A DNA stretch of 34,227 bases from the NCBI GenBank assembly GCA_013204395.1, contig JABMNZ010000010.1, positions 1 to 34,227 of the forward strand, given 5' to 3'. Of this stretch, positions 17,881 to 27,314 are shown piece by piece (position 1 is the first letter of the stretch; every line of letters starts with the position of its first letter). The DNA is from Parcubacteria group bacterium. GTDB lineage: Bacteria > Patescibacteriota > Patescibacteriia > UBA9934 > GWF2-40-263. Made by a program: the position numbers and the translations under genes. The notes under the pieces were generated by a model. The model saw only the letters and a program-made list of their open reading frames with translations. It was not told the DNA's origin and did not search any database.

Positions 17881-17904
17881 ACTAGATATTGGTGAGAATC
17901 AAAA

Positions 17905-17938
17905 AACACATCTCATAAGAGGTGTGTTTTTTGATTGG
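17905..17938. terminator. bidirectional terminator, right boundary of island 2
   Basis: aaaaaacacatctcataagaggtgtgtttttt. Confidence 0.6.
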
Positions 17939-17962
17939 GTGATGTGGTTGGCAGTTAGTATA

Positions 17963-18084
17963 TGGTGGCAGATGCGATGGCAGGCTGAAGCCAGGCTCTA
18001 CATTCCAAGTACGGTGGCAGGCTGAAGCCAGCCTCTACATGCGTTCGATGATACATGTGATGTAGCGGCGGGCTTCAGCCCGCC
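17963..18084. repeat. REP-like hairpin block, left end of Y1-transposase unit
   Basis: two ggcaggctgaagccagcctct hairpins + ttcgatgatacatgtgatgtagcggcgggcttcagcccgcc; same block repeated in direct orientation at 18603-18721. Confidence 0.75.
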
Positions 18085-18101
18085 ATGTCTCTGCGCTAAT
18101 T

Positions 18102-18566
18102 CTATAACTCATCAACGTCACAAACGAATGATCCCAGATATGGATAGTTCCTCCAATCATCAACGAGACCACCCCTTTGAGGGTTTAAGAGAATGTAGGC
18201 TGCGACATCCTTTATGGATTCTTCGTTTCTTAATATGTGGTCGTAATAGCCTTTTTGCCAGAGGGGTGTCCCTGTTGTTTTTTTGAAATGGAAGCCGGTT
18301 AATTGCTTGAATGTTGCAATTGTTTTAATCAAATTTTGATCCTCATTGGTGGGGGCCATCAAGAGGTGCAGATGATCTGGCATGAAACAATAGGCATAGA
18401 TCTCCCAACTTTGCTTACAGGCACTCTTTAGATGATTGAGACAAAACTCTACGTGAGATGGTGATAGAAAATGTCGTTGACGGTTGAATGTGCAGATGGT
18501 TACTGAGTAGGCTCGCTGTTGGTTGTAGACGTCATGGGGGAGCCGGTTTTGTTTTCTTGTGAACAT
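18102..18566 (-). CDS. HuH Y1 transposase, REP-associated tyrosine transposase (RAYT)/IS200-like
   Basis: MPDHLHLLM (HuH) and LWQKGYYDHILRNEES...YILLNPQRGGLV (RAYT WQ..Y.DH signature); listed ORF extends to 18725 by reading through the repeat block. Confidence 0.75.
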   Translation of the reverse strand: MFTRKQNRLPHDVYNQQRAYSVTICTFNRQRHFLSPSHVEFCLNHLKSACKQSWEIYAYCFMPDHLHLLMAPTNEDQNLIKTIATFKQLTGFHFKKTTGTPLWQKGYYDHILRNEESIKDVAAYILLNPQRGGLVDDWRNYPYLGSFVCDVDEL

Positions 18567-18602
18567 AGGTGGTGGGTGTGACAGCGGGACGTTACGCATA
18601 TG

Positions 18603-18721
18603 ATGGCAGGCTGAAGCCAGCCTCTGCATTCCAAGTATGGTGGCAGATGCGATGGCAGGCTGAAGCCAGCCTCTACAGCGTTCGATGATACATGTGATGT
18701 AGCGGCGGGCTTCAGCCCGCC
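18603..18721. repeat. REP-like hairpin block, right end
   Basis: see left block. Confidence 0.75.
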
Positions 18722-18734
18722 ACATGTGTGTACA

Positions 18735-20999
18735 TCATCGTCTCGCTGTACCACCTTGAGCCACTTCTTCTAGATGAACTGAAAGCAGGTTTGAGATTCC
18801 CTCGTCACCCATAGTCACACCGTAGAGTACGTCAGCTTGTTCCATGGTGGCGCGGTTGTGTGTGATGATCACGAACTGTGAGTTTTTGGAAAGCTCTGAG
18901 AGAATGCCGGCGAACCGGACGGTGTTTGATTCGTCCAAGGCGGCGTCCACCTCGTCGAGAACGACGAAAGGGGAAGGGTTCACGGCCATGATGGCACTGA
19001 TCAGAGCGATCGATGTTAGTGCTCGCTCTCCACCTGATAGTAAGTTCAGGGCTTTGAGTTTCTTGCCCGGAGGAGTTGCTTGTATGTCTACGCCGATCAC
19101 TGGGTCTGTGTGTTTTTTAACTTTGGTTTCTATGGCATCTTCTTTGTCCCTTTGCCCCTCTCCCGTATCGGCAAAAGCTCGGTCAGCAGAGACTCCTTCA
19201 CTCTCATCTTCTTCAGGAATATCTTCTTTGGTGAGTTTAACCAGACGACAACTTCCACCACCAAAGAGCATCTTGAAGTACTTTTCAAACTCGGTGTTTA
19301 TTTTACCAAAGACTTTTTTGGATTGTTTTTCAATTTGCTCATCCAGTTCAACTATGACTTTCTCTGTAGACCTGAGAGCTTTGTGAAGATCCTTTACCTG
19401 GTCATCTAGGAATTGGAAACGCTCGTTGGTTTGCTCGTACTCCTGAACAATCTCAGGATCGATGCCACCAATGAGTTCTAGTTTATACCTAAGGCGTTGA
19501 ATCTCAGGATAGGTATCAGTGCCAGGTGAGTTTTCTGGTCTGTTAGATCTAACCTCGATAGCTCGATCTTTCATGAACTCGTCCATCTCTCGGATCAGGG
19601 CTCCTTGTCGCTCTTCAAAGCGGGCTAAGTCGATCTCAAGTGTCCCACGTCGGTTTTCATACAAGTGAATCTCTCGCTGTTTCTCGCGGAGAAGCTTTTG
19701 CATCTCAATGAGCTCAGTACGCTCAGTTTTTTCTTTTGTGGCGTATGAGTCAATCTGTCCCTCTAGCTTCTCAAGTTCCTTAGCAAGCTTCTGTTCATCG
19801 ATACCAAGACTTTTTAGTTTGGCAACGAGCGTTGGATCTGACTTGATGTCTTCTGGGTTTGGACGCTGAAGCTTTTTATTGAGATCCGTCGAATGTTTTA
19901 ATAGAGCCTCAACTTCTGAGTGGAGCTCGGTGACATCCTTAATCTTCTTTAGGCCCGTTAGACCTTTTACAATAGCGCCAACTTGCTCGACGATTCTAAT
20001 AAGAGGTAGTGGAGCCCAGTTGCTCTGCGCCCTCACACGTGTGAGTTCTATTTCTTTTTCTGTTTGGAAATGTTCGTCTCGGAGAGATCGTCGTTTCTTT
20101 TGCAATTCTCGATAGGTCGTCTGTAGCGCAACCAGTCCTGTGTCTGGTGTCACATCAACTCTTTCAACTGCATCAACTTTCTTTTCCAAACTATCTAATT
20201 CTCTGCGCTCGGCAATGATCGTCTTGTCTGCCTCGTCAAAATCTTTCTTTACAGTCTGCAGGCTGTCGACCAAGTTCCACCATTGATCTCCATAATACTG
20301 TCCTTCAAGTATGTGGAGGCTCTCTTCAATGGCACCACGTTTTTCAAGACGGCTCGCTTGGCGCTTGAGGGATCTTAGGCGTGGCTCGATTTCTCTGAGC
20401 AACATTTCTACGTCAGCAAGATTTTCATGTGTACGCTTGAGTTTCAATATGGAGTTATGGCGTTTGATCTGGAACGGCTTTACCCCCGTGGCGTCATCAA
20501 AGAAAGCTTTGCGCTCCTCTGGCGTGGAAACCAAAATATGATCAATCATGCCCTGACCCACTACCGAATAAGATCTCTGGCCAACGTTCGCTTGAGCCAA
20601 TAATAACTGAATGTCGTTAAGACGAACCTTTGAATCATTTAATAGATACTCAGAGCTGCCATCACGAAAGAGACGACGGGTGATCGTTACTTCGCTGTAA
20701 TCGATGGGCATGGCCCTATCCTCATTGTTAAAAGAGATGCTGACTTCTGCAAATCCAGCTCTACTCTTCCCTTCAGATCCAGAAAAAATAACATCCTCCG
20801 ACTTTTTACCACGGAGGAGCTTTAAGCTCTGCTCGCCAAGCACCCATCGGATAGCATCAGCAAGATTTGATTTTCCAGAGCCATTTGGGCCCACAACAGC
20901 TGTAATTGGGGATCGATCTGCCTGTGGTGGCAAGAAACTAAGACTCGTTTTTTTCGCAAAGGTCTTGAATCCCTGTATTTCAAGCTTGGTCAGGTACAT
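18735..20999 (-). CDS. smc: SMC-family chromosome segregation ATPase, short (754 aa, hinge-less/abbreviated coiled coil)
   Basis: N-terminal Walker A GPNGSGKSN, C-terminal LSGGERALTSIA signature + Walker B VLDEVDAALD; long coiled coil. Confidence 0.8.
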   Translation of the reverse strand: MYLTKLEIQGFKTFAKKTSLSFLPPQADRSPITAVVGPNGSGKSNLADAIRWVLGEQSLKLLRGKKSEDVIFSGSEGKSRAGFAEVSISFNNEDRAMPIDYSEVTITRRLFRDGSSEYLLNDSKVRLNDIQLLLAQANVGQRSYSVVGQGMIDHILVSTPEERKAFFDDATGVKPFQIKRHNSILKLKRTHENLADVEMLLREIEPRLRSLKRQASRLEKRGAIEESLHILEGQYYGDQWWNLVDSLQTVKKDFDEADKTIIAERRELDSLEKKVDAVERVDVTPDTGLVALQTTYRELQKKRRSLRDEHFQTEKEIELTRVRAQSNWAPLPLIRIVEQVGAIVKGLTGLKKIKDVTELHSEVEALLKHSTDLNKKLQRPNPEDIKSDPTLVAKLKSLGIDEQKLAKELEKLEGQIDSYATKEKTERTELIEMQKLLREKQREIHLYENRRGTLEIDLARFEERQGALIREMDEFMKDRAIEVRSNRPENSPGTDTYPEIQRLRYKLELIGGIDPEIVQEYEQTNERFQFLDDQVKDLHKALRSTEKVIVELDEQIEKQSKKVFGKINTEFEKYFKMLFGGGSCRLVKLTKEDIPEEDESEGVSADRAFADTGEGQRDKEDAIETKVKKHTDPVIGVDIQATPPGKKLKALNLLSGGERALTSIALISAIMAVNPSPFVVLDEVDAALDESNTVRFAGILSELSKNSQFVIITHNRATMEQADVLYGVTMGDEGISNLLSVHLEEVAQGGTARR

Positions 21000-21064
21000 A
21001 CGAAAATGATTATATCACGGTTGACGCACAAGATAAGGTACGATAGTGTCACTCGCTACTTGAT

Positions 21065-22060
21065 ATGGAAAACTACCTACATCGACAAATTCACGACTTA
21101 CTCATGAGCGCTAAGCGCCCCGTGTTTATTTCTGACGAGAGAATCGACGGTGACAGTCTTGGGGCATCTCTTGCCATGGCAGACTTTATGGCACAGCGGG
21201 GGGTTCGTGTTCCGGTTTACGTTCCGACAGATATTCCAGAGCAGTATGTAGGTTTGCCACGTATAGATCTATGCACATTCGATAAGGGGGTGTTTGATGA
21301 TACGGAGATTGATGTTGTGGTTGTGTTCGATTGTTCTGACGATCAGTACGTGAAAAGCCTTGTGGACTTAATTCCCGGGACTCCAACGGTTGTGAACATT
21401 GATCATCACGCCACAAACAATCGCTTTGGAGATATTAACCAAGTGATCGTTGGTGCCCCAGCTACAGCTTACGTCGTCTACCACTTTTTTGAGACGAATA
21501 ACATTCTTCCTTCACGAGATGCGGCAACCTGCATGTTAACCGGAATTTGCTTTGACACCTCAGCGTTTTCAAACGCAGCCACAAATGATTCTGCACTCGA
21601 TATTTCCTCTAAGCTCGTGCTTCATGGAGCCAGAATTCAGGATGTGATCCGTACGATGTTTATGAATCGATCTGTATCGGCTCTTAGAGTGTGGGGAGCA
21701 GCTTTGGAGCGCCTTACTGAGCACGACAGCATAAACGCTGTTACTACATACCTCACACGCAAAGATATTGACGATAATTTTGTTACGGATGATGAAATTG
21801 ATGGTCTGTCTAACTTCTTGAACCTGGTCACTGATACAGACACGCTCTGTGTGTTGCGTGAAACGTTACAGGGGGACGTGAAAGCGTCTATGCGATCACT
21901 TACACAGGATGTAAGTGAGATTGCAAAGCGTTATAACGGAGGGGGACACAAACGCGCGGCGGGTTTTACTCTGTCGGGTGCTAATCTACACTGTGATGAG
22001 GAAGGTAGGTGGTGTGTACTATCTACAGATGGAAAGGAAATTGAAATTAAGTTATCCTAA
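21065..22060 (+). CDS. nrnA: DHH-family phosphoesterase NrnA (nanoRNase/pAp phosphatase)
   Basis: NIDHHATN DHH motif; DHHA1 GGGHKRAAGF. Confidence 0.8.
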   Translation: MENYLHRQIHDLLMSAKRPVFISDERIDGDSLGASLAMADFMAQRGVRVPVYVPTDIPEQYVGLPRIDLCTFDKGVFDDTEIDVVVVFDCSDDQYVKSLVDLIPGTPTVVNIDHHATNNRFGDINQVIVGAPATAYVVYHFFETNNILPSRDAATCMLTGICFDTSAFSNAATNDSALDISSKLVLHGARIQDVIRTMFMNRSVSALRVWGAALERLTEHDSINAVTTYLTRKDIDDNFVTDDEIDGLSNFLNLVTDTDTLCVLRETLQGDVKASMRSLTQDVSEIAKRYNGGGHKRAAGFTLSGANLHCDEEGRWCVLSTDGKEIEIKLS

Positions 22061-22066
22061 TGTCGT

Positions 22067-22681
22067 ATGAATACTATTCAATCAATACACGAAGAACCAT
22101 CAGATTCGATTCTCGTTCCCATGGTGATCGAAAAAACACACACGGGGGAGCGAGCGTATGACATTTATTCACGTTTGCTGAAAGACAGAATCATTTTTCT
22201 TGGTACAGCCATTGATGACACGGTGGCAAATCTCATTATTGCTCAAATGCTTTTCTTGGAGAGCCAGGACAAAACAAAAGACATTAAGTTGTACATAAAC
22301 TCTCCAGGTGGTTCCGTTACCTCTGGACTAGCAATCTACGATGCCATGCAGTATGTAAAGCCTGACGTTTCAACTATTTGCGTTGGAATGGCAGCGTCTA
22401 TGGGGGCTGTGTTACTTGCCTCTGGGGCAAAGGGAAAACGTTTTGTTCTACCAAACTCTGAGGTGATGATTCACCAGGTCTTAGGTGGGGTGCAGGGTCA
22501 GGCGACAGATATAAAGATCCATGCGGAGAGAATATTAAAGATAAAGGATCGCCTGAATAGCATTTTAGCCAAGCATACAGGCAAGAAAAAGAGCCTTGTG
22601 GAGACGGATACAGAGAGAGATTACTTCCTAGATGCGTCTGAGGCTGTAAAGTACGGACTGGTTGATAAGGTGATCAAATAG
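22067..22681 (+). CDS. clpP: ATP-dependent Clp protease proteolytic subunit
   Basis: ...[19 protein letters not shown]...[11 protein letters not shown]...MIHQ... Confidence 0.9.
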   Translation: MNTIQSIHEEPSDSILVPMVIEKTHTGERAYDIYSRLLKDRIIFLGTAIDDTVANLIIAQMLFLESQDKTKDIKLYINSPGGSVTSGLAIYDAMQYVKPDVSTICVGMAASMGAVLLASGAKGKRFVLPNSEVMIHQVLGGVQGQATDIKIHAERILKIKDRLNSILAKHTGKKKSLVETDTERDYFLDASEAVKYGLVDKVIK

Positions 22682-22717
22682 TGGAAGAACAGTGGATGTA
22701 ACAGGGATAACCAACAA

Positions 22718-22745
22718 AAAACCAGGCGCTTTGCCTGGTTTTTGG
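22718..22745 (+). terminator. clpP terminator
   Basis: aaaaaaccaggcgctttgcctggttttt. Confidence 0.7.
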
Positions 22746-22778
22746 ATATTTCTAGAGTTGCACATTAATACCTTGTCC

Positions 22779-23042
22779 AGATGCCGAAAATGCGGTATCA
22801 TAGTCTTGTTCAGTCACTTGACAACTTTACGCTCAGCATGTAGACTTCGGCCTTAACCTGAGTTTACTTTTTACTAAGTACGTCCATTGCAGCCAGTGAT
22901 CTGCAGGCACGACAAGCATGGGATTTCATATCGTGGATACATCAGGCTTCCGGGCTCGATCTCTCCTCGACTGAAATTTCTTGCCTGCAGGTCATTGACC
23001 GTAAGGGTCAAAAAACGATTCGCAACCGCGTGTCGTTTTTTT
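22779..23042 (+). ncRNA. candidate non-coding transcript: promoter TTGTCC-17-TATCAT to bidirectional terminator, ~225 nt, no convincing ORF
   Basis: promoter at 22779-22812; terminator acgattcgcaaccgcgtgtcgt flanked by A6/T7 at 23009-23042; ORFs 22874..23074 and 22887..23225 unconvincing. Confidence 0.25.
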
Positions 23043-23103
23043 GATATCAAGATCTTACGTCTGATCGAATTCACTGCGCAAGTTTTTTTTGTGGATAAGA
23101 CAA

Positions 23104-25002
23104 TTACTCAACTTCGACAAGTTGCTCTTCAGTCTCCACAACAAGATCTTCATCTTCAATTATTTCAGCGTCTGGATCAATTCCCACTAAACAAATTTTT
23201 GGTAGTGGGCGGTAGTGTGATGTGAATTCTGTTTCTTCTACTTCTCCATCTGTGCGCGCAATGGAATAAACAAACGATGCGTCTGCACCAATATGCGCCT
23301 CCTGACATTCTTCTTCTCCTGGTTCCAAATCTTCAGTTTCAATGTATTGAGTTTCTCCGACTGGAATCCAACGTAAAACAACTGGTGGTTCATATGAACC
23401 TCGACGCCCATCCGATGTACCCCAAAAAGTAAATCTTAGATCTTGTTCATCTGCAAAATTCTCTGCCTGAAAGAGCACATAAGAATCCGTGTCGTTGGTG
23501 AATTTGTAATCAGGTGCTGGTTCATAGATTGTTGCGTCTGTACCAGGTAGTCCATTGGATGGATCGTTGTAATAAGAAACTACAAGTGAGTGGTTGCGTC
23601 TTTCTGTAACAGCCAATCCTGCATTCATTGTCGCCCTAAACGTTGTGGTGCCGATTTGGCACAAACCTCCAGCCATCTCAGGTTCAATCTTGTCTCCCTT
23701 GATAACAAGCTCTGGCAGGTATCCATTTTCAGCAGTGAATGGAGATAGAGCATCAATGAGTGAGAATGTTTCACCAGGGGCAATAAGCAATCCATCTAGA
23801 AGATCTACACCGTTTTGAATGTTTTGTCTTCGATTCCAGGGGCTCCATCGATAGCTCGATGTACCCGTGCCAAGAATTTCTGTAATACCAAGATCATTTA
23901 CATCACTTGTGTTAACGGCTGGTTGTTCAAGTATGATAGTGAGTTCGATGGGATCCTCTGTGGGTTGTCTGACGAGGGTCAAGAGGTCTTCATGAAGAAT
24001 GTCTGTGTCGACTTTGCGACCTTCTTCGCTTTGAGTAAAATGAGTGACTCGTCCGTCCGTGAGTTCTAGTCTTGCGTCCACTGAATTTTTGTTGATGGTG
24101 CTTGTGATCGTAAGAATCCATTCAGCAAGAAGATTATCATCAAGAGTAAGAAGGCCATCCTCACCAGGCAGGAGCATGTCGCTTAACTGATCGGTCGTCA
24201 TCCACCATGTCTCGTCTTCATAAGAGAACGTGATTTGTATTGGGGCAAGCGAAAGAGTGACTAAAGCCGTTTCGATTTGAGATTCCGCGTTTTCAACAGA
24301 TACCCTAGGGACCTGTTCTTTCAAGGGAATTTCTATTGTGGTTGTGTCTAGTGCAGCTAGTTGTTGTGCCAATGTTTCAAAAAAGGGTTCCCAGATAAAT
24401 TCTCGACCAGGTTCGCCTGGAAGTACGTCTATCTTCCATCCCTCAGAAGTTAATGTTGGCATGAAACGAGCACTAAGAGAAAGGGTTTCAGCCGCTGGAA
24501 ATAGTTCGAGAATACGCTCATGAACAAGATTTTCTTGCATACTTACTAGTGCGGTTGAGTACGTTGGCTCAAAGCTCATCTGAAGCATTCTTAGTGCATC
24601 CGTGTATGCTGATGTTCCGTGAAAGGCCATAAGAGTATCGAGTGTTTCATCGAGAAAGAACTCAACATCCTCTCTGAGATCTGAGTCGACAAGTGTGACA
24701 AGGGACAGGGCCTTTTCTTCGTCATCAACTCGAATCACAAGTCCCCCTGTTACAATCAGATCTATCCGCTCTTCCAGTAGCATGCGTGCCTGTTCCGGAT
24801 CTAATCCACCCAGGTCTAACTCACCAATATGCACATTGGGTGGAATTTTGCCCTCATAGCCCTGTGCCCAGACGTAGATTCCAGCACAGAGAATAATGGT
24901 GAGGGTGATAAGTGTGATGCAAAGAAAAGTGAAAGCTTTCCAAAAACCTCTCGATGGTTTGGTCGAGAGGAAATTATGAGATGTATGAAGATTGTCTGAC
25001 AT
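23104..25002 (-). CDS. VanW-family protein with N-terminal TM anchor
   Basis: ...GGLCQIGTTTFRATMNAGL...ERRNHS... VanW core; ATG at 25002 (listed ORF starts at TTG 25014). Confidence 0.7.
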   Translation of the reverse strand: MSDNLHTSHNFLSTKPSRGFWKAFTFLCITLITLTIILCAGIYVWAQGYEGKIPPNVHIGELDLGGLDPEQARMLLEERIDLIVTGGLVIRVDDEEKALSLVTLVDSDLREDVEFFLDETLDTLMAFHGTSAYTDALRMLQMSFEPTYSTALVSMQENLVHERILELFPAAETLSLSARFMPTLTSEGWKIDVLPGEPGREFIWEPFFETLAQQLAALDTTTIEIPLKEQVPRVSVENAESQIETALVTLSLAPIQITFSYEDETWWMTTDQLSDMLLPGEDGLLTLDDNLLAEWILTITSTINKNSVDARLELTDGRVTHFTQSEEGRKVDTDILHEDLLTLVRQPTEDPIELTIILEQPAVNTSDVNDLGITEILGTGTSSYRWSPWNRRQNIQNGVDLLDGLLIAPGETFSLIDALSPFTAENGYLPELVIKGDKIEPEMAGGLCQIGTTTFRATMNAGLAVTERRNHSLVVSYYNDPSNGLPGTDATIYEPAPDYKFTNDTDSYVLFQAENFADEQDLRFTFWGTSDGRRGSYEPPVVLRWIPVGETQYIETEDLEPGEEECQEAHIGADASFVYSIARTDGEVEETEFTSHYRPLPKICLVGIDPDAEIIEDEDLVVETEEQLVEVE

Positions 25003-25006
25003 AACT

Positions 25007-25393
25007 CTAATCAATTTCTAGAACCGGAACAGTTTTCTCTCTCTCAGATTTTTCCATGGTGACGGTTAGTATGCCGCGCTTGAGTGTTGCGTCCACATTT
25101 TCTCCGTCTACGTGACAGGGGAGGATTATGGTTCGAGAGAAAGTGCCCCAATGACACTCTTGTACATGTAGTTGTTCATTTGATAGTGCTTCGCATCCAT
25201 GACCACGGTTTCCTCTAATGGTGATGGTGTCGTCTGAAAGCGTAATTTCAAGATCTTCAGCACGTACACCTGCAATAGCTGAGCGCACGATGATCTCATC
25301 ATTGCTTTCAAGTACATCAACAGAAAGCTTGCCTTCTTCAGTGGAAAGCCATTCATTACCAGTTGCACTTATGAATCCGTGGGTATATTTCAT
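25007..25393 (-). CDS. Hsp20/alpha-crystallin small heat-shock protein
   Basis: 128 aa; ...ITIRGNRGH...GTFSRTIILP...GILTVTMEK. Confidence 0.8.
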   Translation of the reverse strand: MKYTHGFISATGNEWLSTEEGKLSVDVLESNDEIIVRSAIAGVRAEDLEITLSDDTITIRGNRGHGCEALSNEQLHVQECHWGTFSRTIILPCHVDGENVDATLKRGILTVTMEKSEREKTVPVLEID

Positions 25394-25402
25394 AGGTATA
25401 CT

Positions 25403-26185
25403 TTATTGTACCTCATCTTCCACAAGAGTTTCCATTTTTCCAGAGACCGTCCAGAGCAAATTGAATATCTGCTCCATCATTTCACGTAAAGGACGGCTTT
25501 CTACCATCCAATGCACTCCTTCAGGCGCAGTGGTAAAAAAGGCTACTGTGTCGTCCCAAAAAGAAATATTTGTTCGGAATGTGAGTTCACGCGGGAGAAA
25601 GCGTGCCTCTCTTAGCTCTCGGGCATGACTTTTTACGCTGTACTTCTTAATCTCATGCTCACGCACACGCAGGCTTTTCAATTTCACATCTTCTTTTATG
25701 CGCCTGCGAGTGTAGTGATATTTTTCTCCAATGACATCTTGAAAATCCTTTGCCGAGACTATCTCGTATACAAGACCACTCTTGCTTGCCAAAGAGGCAT
25801 TAAAGATTTCGGTGACCCGCTCTCTTGTAAAGACTGTTAGGCGAGGGGTTGTAAGGGGATCTTGCTTAACCTTTTCCAAGAGTGGGAGTATGCCGGCGAT
25901 TCCTCTGGCTTGCTCGGTAAGTATTTGTTTAAAGACATTTGGGTCGCTTGGTGTTAGTACTGAACGACTTTTTTGTTTACTTAAGTTCACTACGCCACGT
26001 TTAACCAGTCTTGAGACGGTTGATTGAACCGTACTTACTGGCAAGCCTAAAGACTTAGCTAGGGGAGTGAGAGTGGTTTGTCCTAGTGCTAAAAGGCCCA
26101 AATAAACCTGCTGGTCTTTAGGGTTAAAGCCAAAACCAGAGAGCACTTCAGTTATTTCTTTTTTGTTTGCTGCAGAAAGAGACAT
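25403..26185 (-). CDS. TrmB-family transcriptional regulator (wHTH)
   Basis: N-terminal LTPLAKSLGLPVSTVQSTVSRLVKRGVV wHTH; 260 aa. Confidence 0.7.
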   Translation of the reverse strand: MSLSAANKKEITEVLSGFGFNPKDQQVYLGLLALGQTTLTPLAKSLGLPVSTVQSTVSRLVKRGVVNLSKQKSRSVLTPSDPNVFKQILTEQARGIAGILPLLEKVKQDPLTTPRLTVFTRERVTEIFNASLASKSGLVYEIVSAKDFQDVIGEKYHYTRRRIKEDVKLKSLRVREHEIKKYSVKSHARELREARFLPRELTFRTNISFWDDTVAFFTTAPEGVHWMVESRPLREMMEQIFNLLWTVSGKMETLVEDEVQ

Positions 26186-26352
26186 ATTTACGACGATTTT
26201 CGTAGAAGTTTAGATCGATCATTTACCTAAATTATAGGCTTTTTCTTAGATTTGTCAATCCCACATCGAAATTTTAAGGCAAAAAGATTTCTTTAATGCG
26301 ATTATGACTGTGCGCCAAGACGGTGCAAACGTTCATTACAACGGAGGTAGTC

Positions 26353-26628
26353 ATGGCCAAGGTCGTTGAAGGAGAAGAGAAGTGGTCTGCCGTGATTCGT
26401 TGTGCCCACCCCACGTGTGGATATGGACTGAATCGCGTTGATGGGTGTTTCGCCATGATCCGGATCGAGCTGGAAGACATTCAGCACGTGACGGATTGGG
26501 AGGGTGACTCGACCTTCTGGGTCAATTGCCCCTCCTGCGGACAGAAGCTGTACCCCGAGTGGCAGATCGGCAACGGGCCGCTCAACGCCATATTGAACAA
26601 GGAAAACAACTCACGGAGGTCGTCATGA
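26353..26628 (+). CDS. zinc-ribbon small protein A (91 aa), island 3
   Basis: ACGGAGGTAGTC-ATG; CAHPTCG...NCPSCG; stop overlaps next ATG (ATGA). Confidence 0.5.
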   Translation: MAKVVEGEEKWSAVIRCAHPTCGYGLNRVDGCFAMIRIELEDIQHVTDWEGDSTFWVNCPSCGQKLYPEWQIGNGPLNAILNKENNSRRSS

Positions 26629-26888
26629 AGGTTCTCACTCCAGGTCGCGCCCAGAAGGGTTGGGCGCAGGAATACGAATGCACTGGTAAGGGCAACGGCA
26701 ACGGCGGCTGTGGAGCGAAGCTCCTGGTCGAGTACAGCGATCTGTACAACACGTACCGGCACTGCCTGCACGAGACCGACACATTCATCACTTTCAAGTG
26801 TGCTGCGTGTGGCGTCGAAACCGACATCACCAATTACCGAGGGCCGAGCCTGCGCAAGCGGCATCTGGTCGATCAGGGATGGGGGTAA
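26625..26888 (+). CDS. zinc-ribbon small protein B (87 aa), paralog of A
   Basis: CGGAGGTCGTC-ATG; ...GNGGCGAKLLVEY...KCAACGVE. Confidence 0.5.
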   Translation: MKVLTPGRAQKGWAQEYECTGKGNGNGGCGAKLLVEYSDLYNTYRHCLHETDTFITFKCAACGVETDITNYRGPSLRKRHLVDQGWG

Positions 26889-26891
26889 ATC

Positions 26892-27314
26892 ATGACCGCT
26901 GATCGTTTCACTGTCGATGGTGTACTCACCGACGGCACTCATGTCCTGCTCATCAGGCGCGCAAAGGATCCTTACAAGGGAATGCTCGCGTTCCCTGGTG
27001 GACGTGTGGATCCTGGAGAGGATCTGCTCACGGCGGTCGTGCGCGAACTAGATGAGGAAGTGGGGCTCGTGCTCGATCCGACGCTCTTGCTCCCGCTCAC
27101 CGTACTCAACGCTCCTGGTCGAGACCCACGTCCCGGCCATGTGGCAGCGCATGTCTTCTGCACACACGTTGATCGCACCGTGCTCGAGTCTGCCCGTGCT
27201 GCCTCGGACGCAAAGAGTGTTCACATCATGAGACTCGACGAGATCGACAAGGTGGACATGGCCTTCGATCACTACCTCGCAATCGAGAAGCTCCGCGAGC
27301 TGCTCGATCACTAA
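26892..27314 (+). CDS. NUDIX hydrolase
   Basis: Nudix box GGRVDPGEDLLTAVVRELDEEVG. Confidence 0.75.
   Translation: MTADRFTVDGVLTDGTHVLLIRRAKDPYKGMLAFPGGRVDPGEDLLTAVVRELDEEVGLVLDPTLLLPLTVLNAPGRDPRPGHVAAHVFCTHVDRTVLESARAASDAKSVHIMRLDEIDKVDMAFDHYLAIEKLRELLDH

Larger units (their letters stand above)
17963..18721 (-). mobile_element. REP-RAYT-REP unit / IS200-like element (~760 bp) with same-strand subterminal hairpins
   Basis: 120-bp hairpin blocks in direct orientation on both sides of the Y1 transposase gene. Confidence 0.55.

Noticed and set aside
12599-17900. Calling the island a bona fide integron
   Set aside because: No intI-like tyrosine recombinase or attI is present in the window. 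The palindromes fit attC architecture only loosely (short; the last base of the right arm is often G rather than Y), so it is reported as attC-like and cassette-like only.
22990-23010. RNase P RNA downstream of clpP (ggcttccgggctcg resembles P4 AAGUCCGGGCUCC)
   Set aside because: The transcript is only ~225 nt and lacks the other conserved RNase P elements, so the similarity is probably coincidental.
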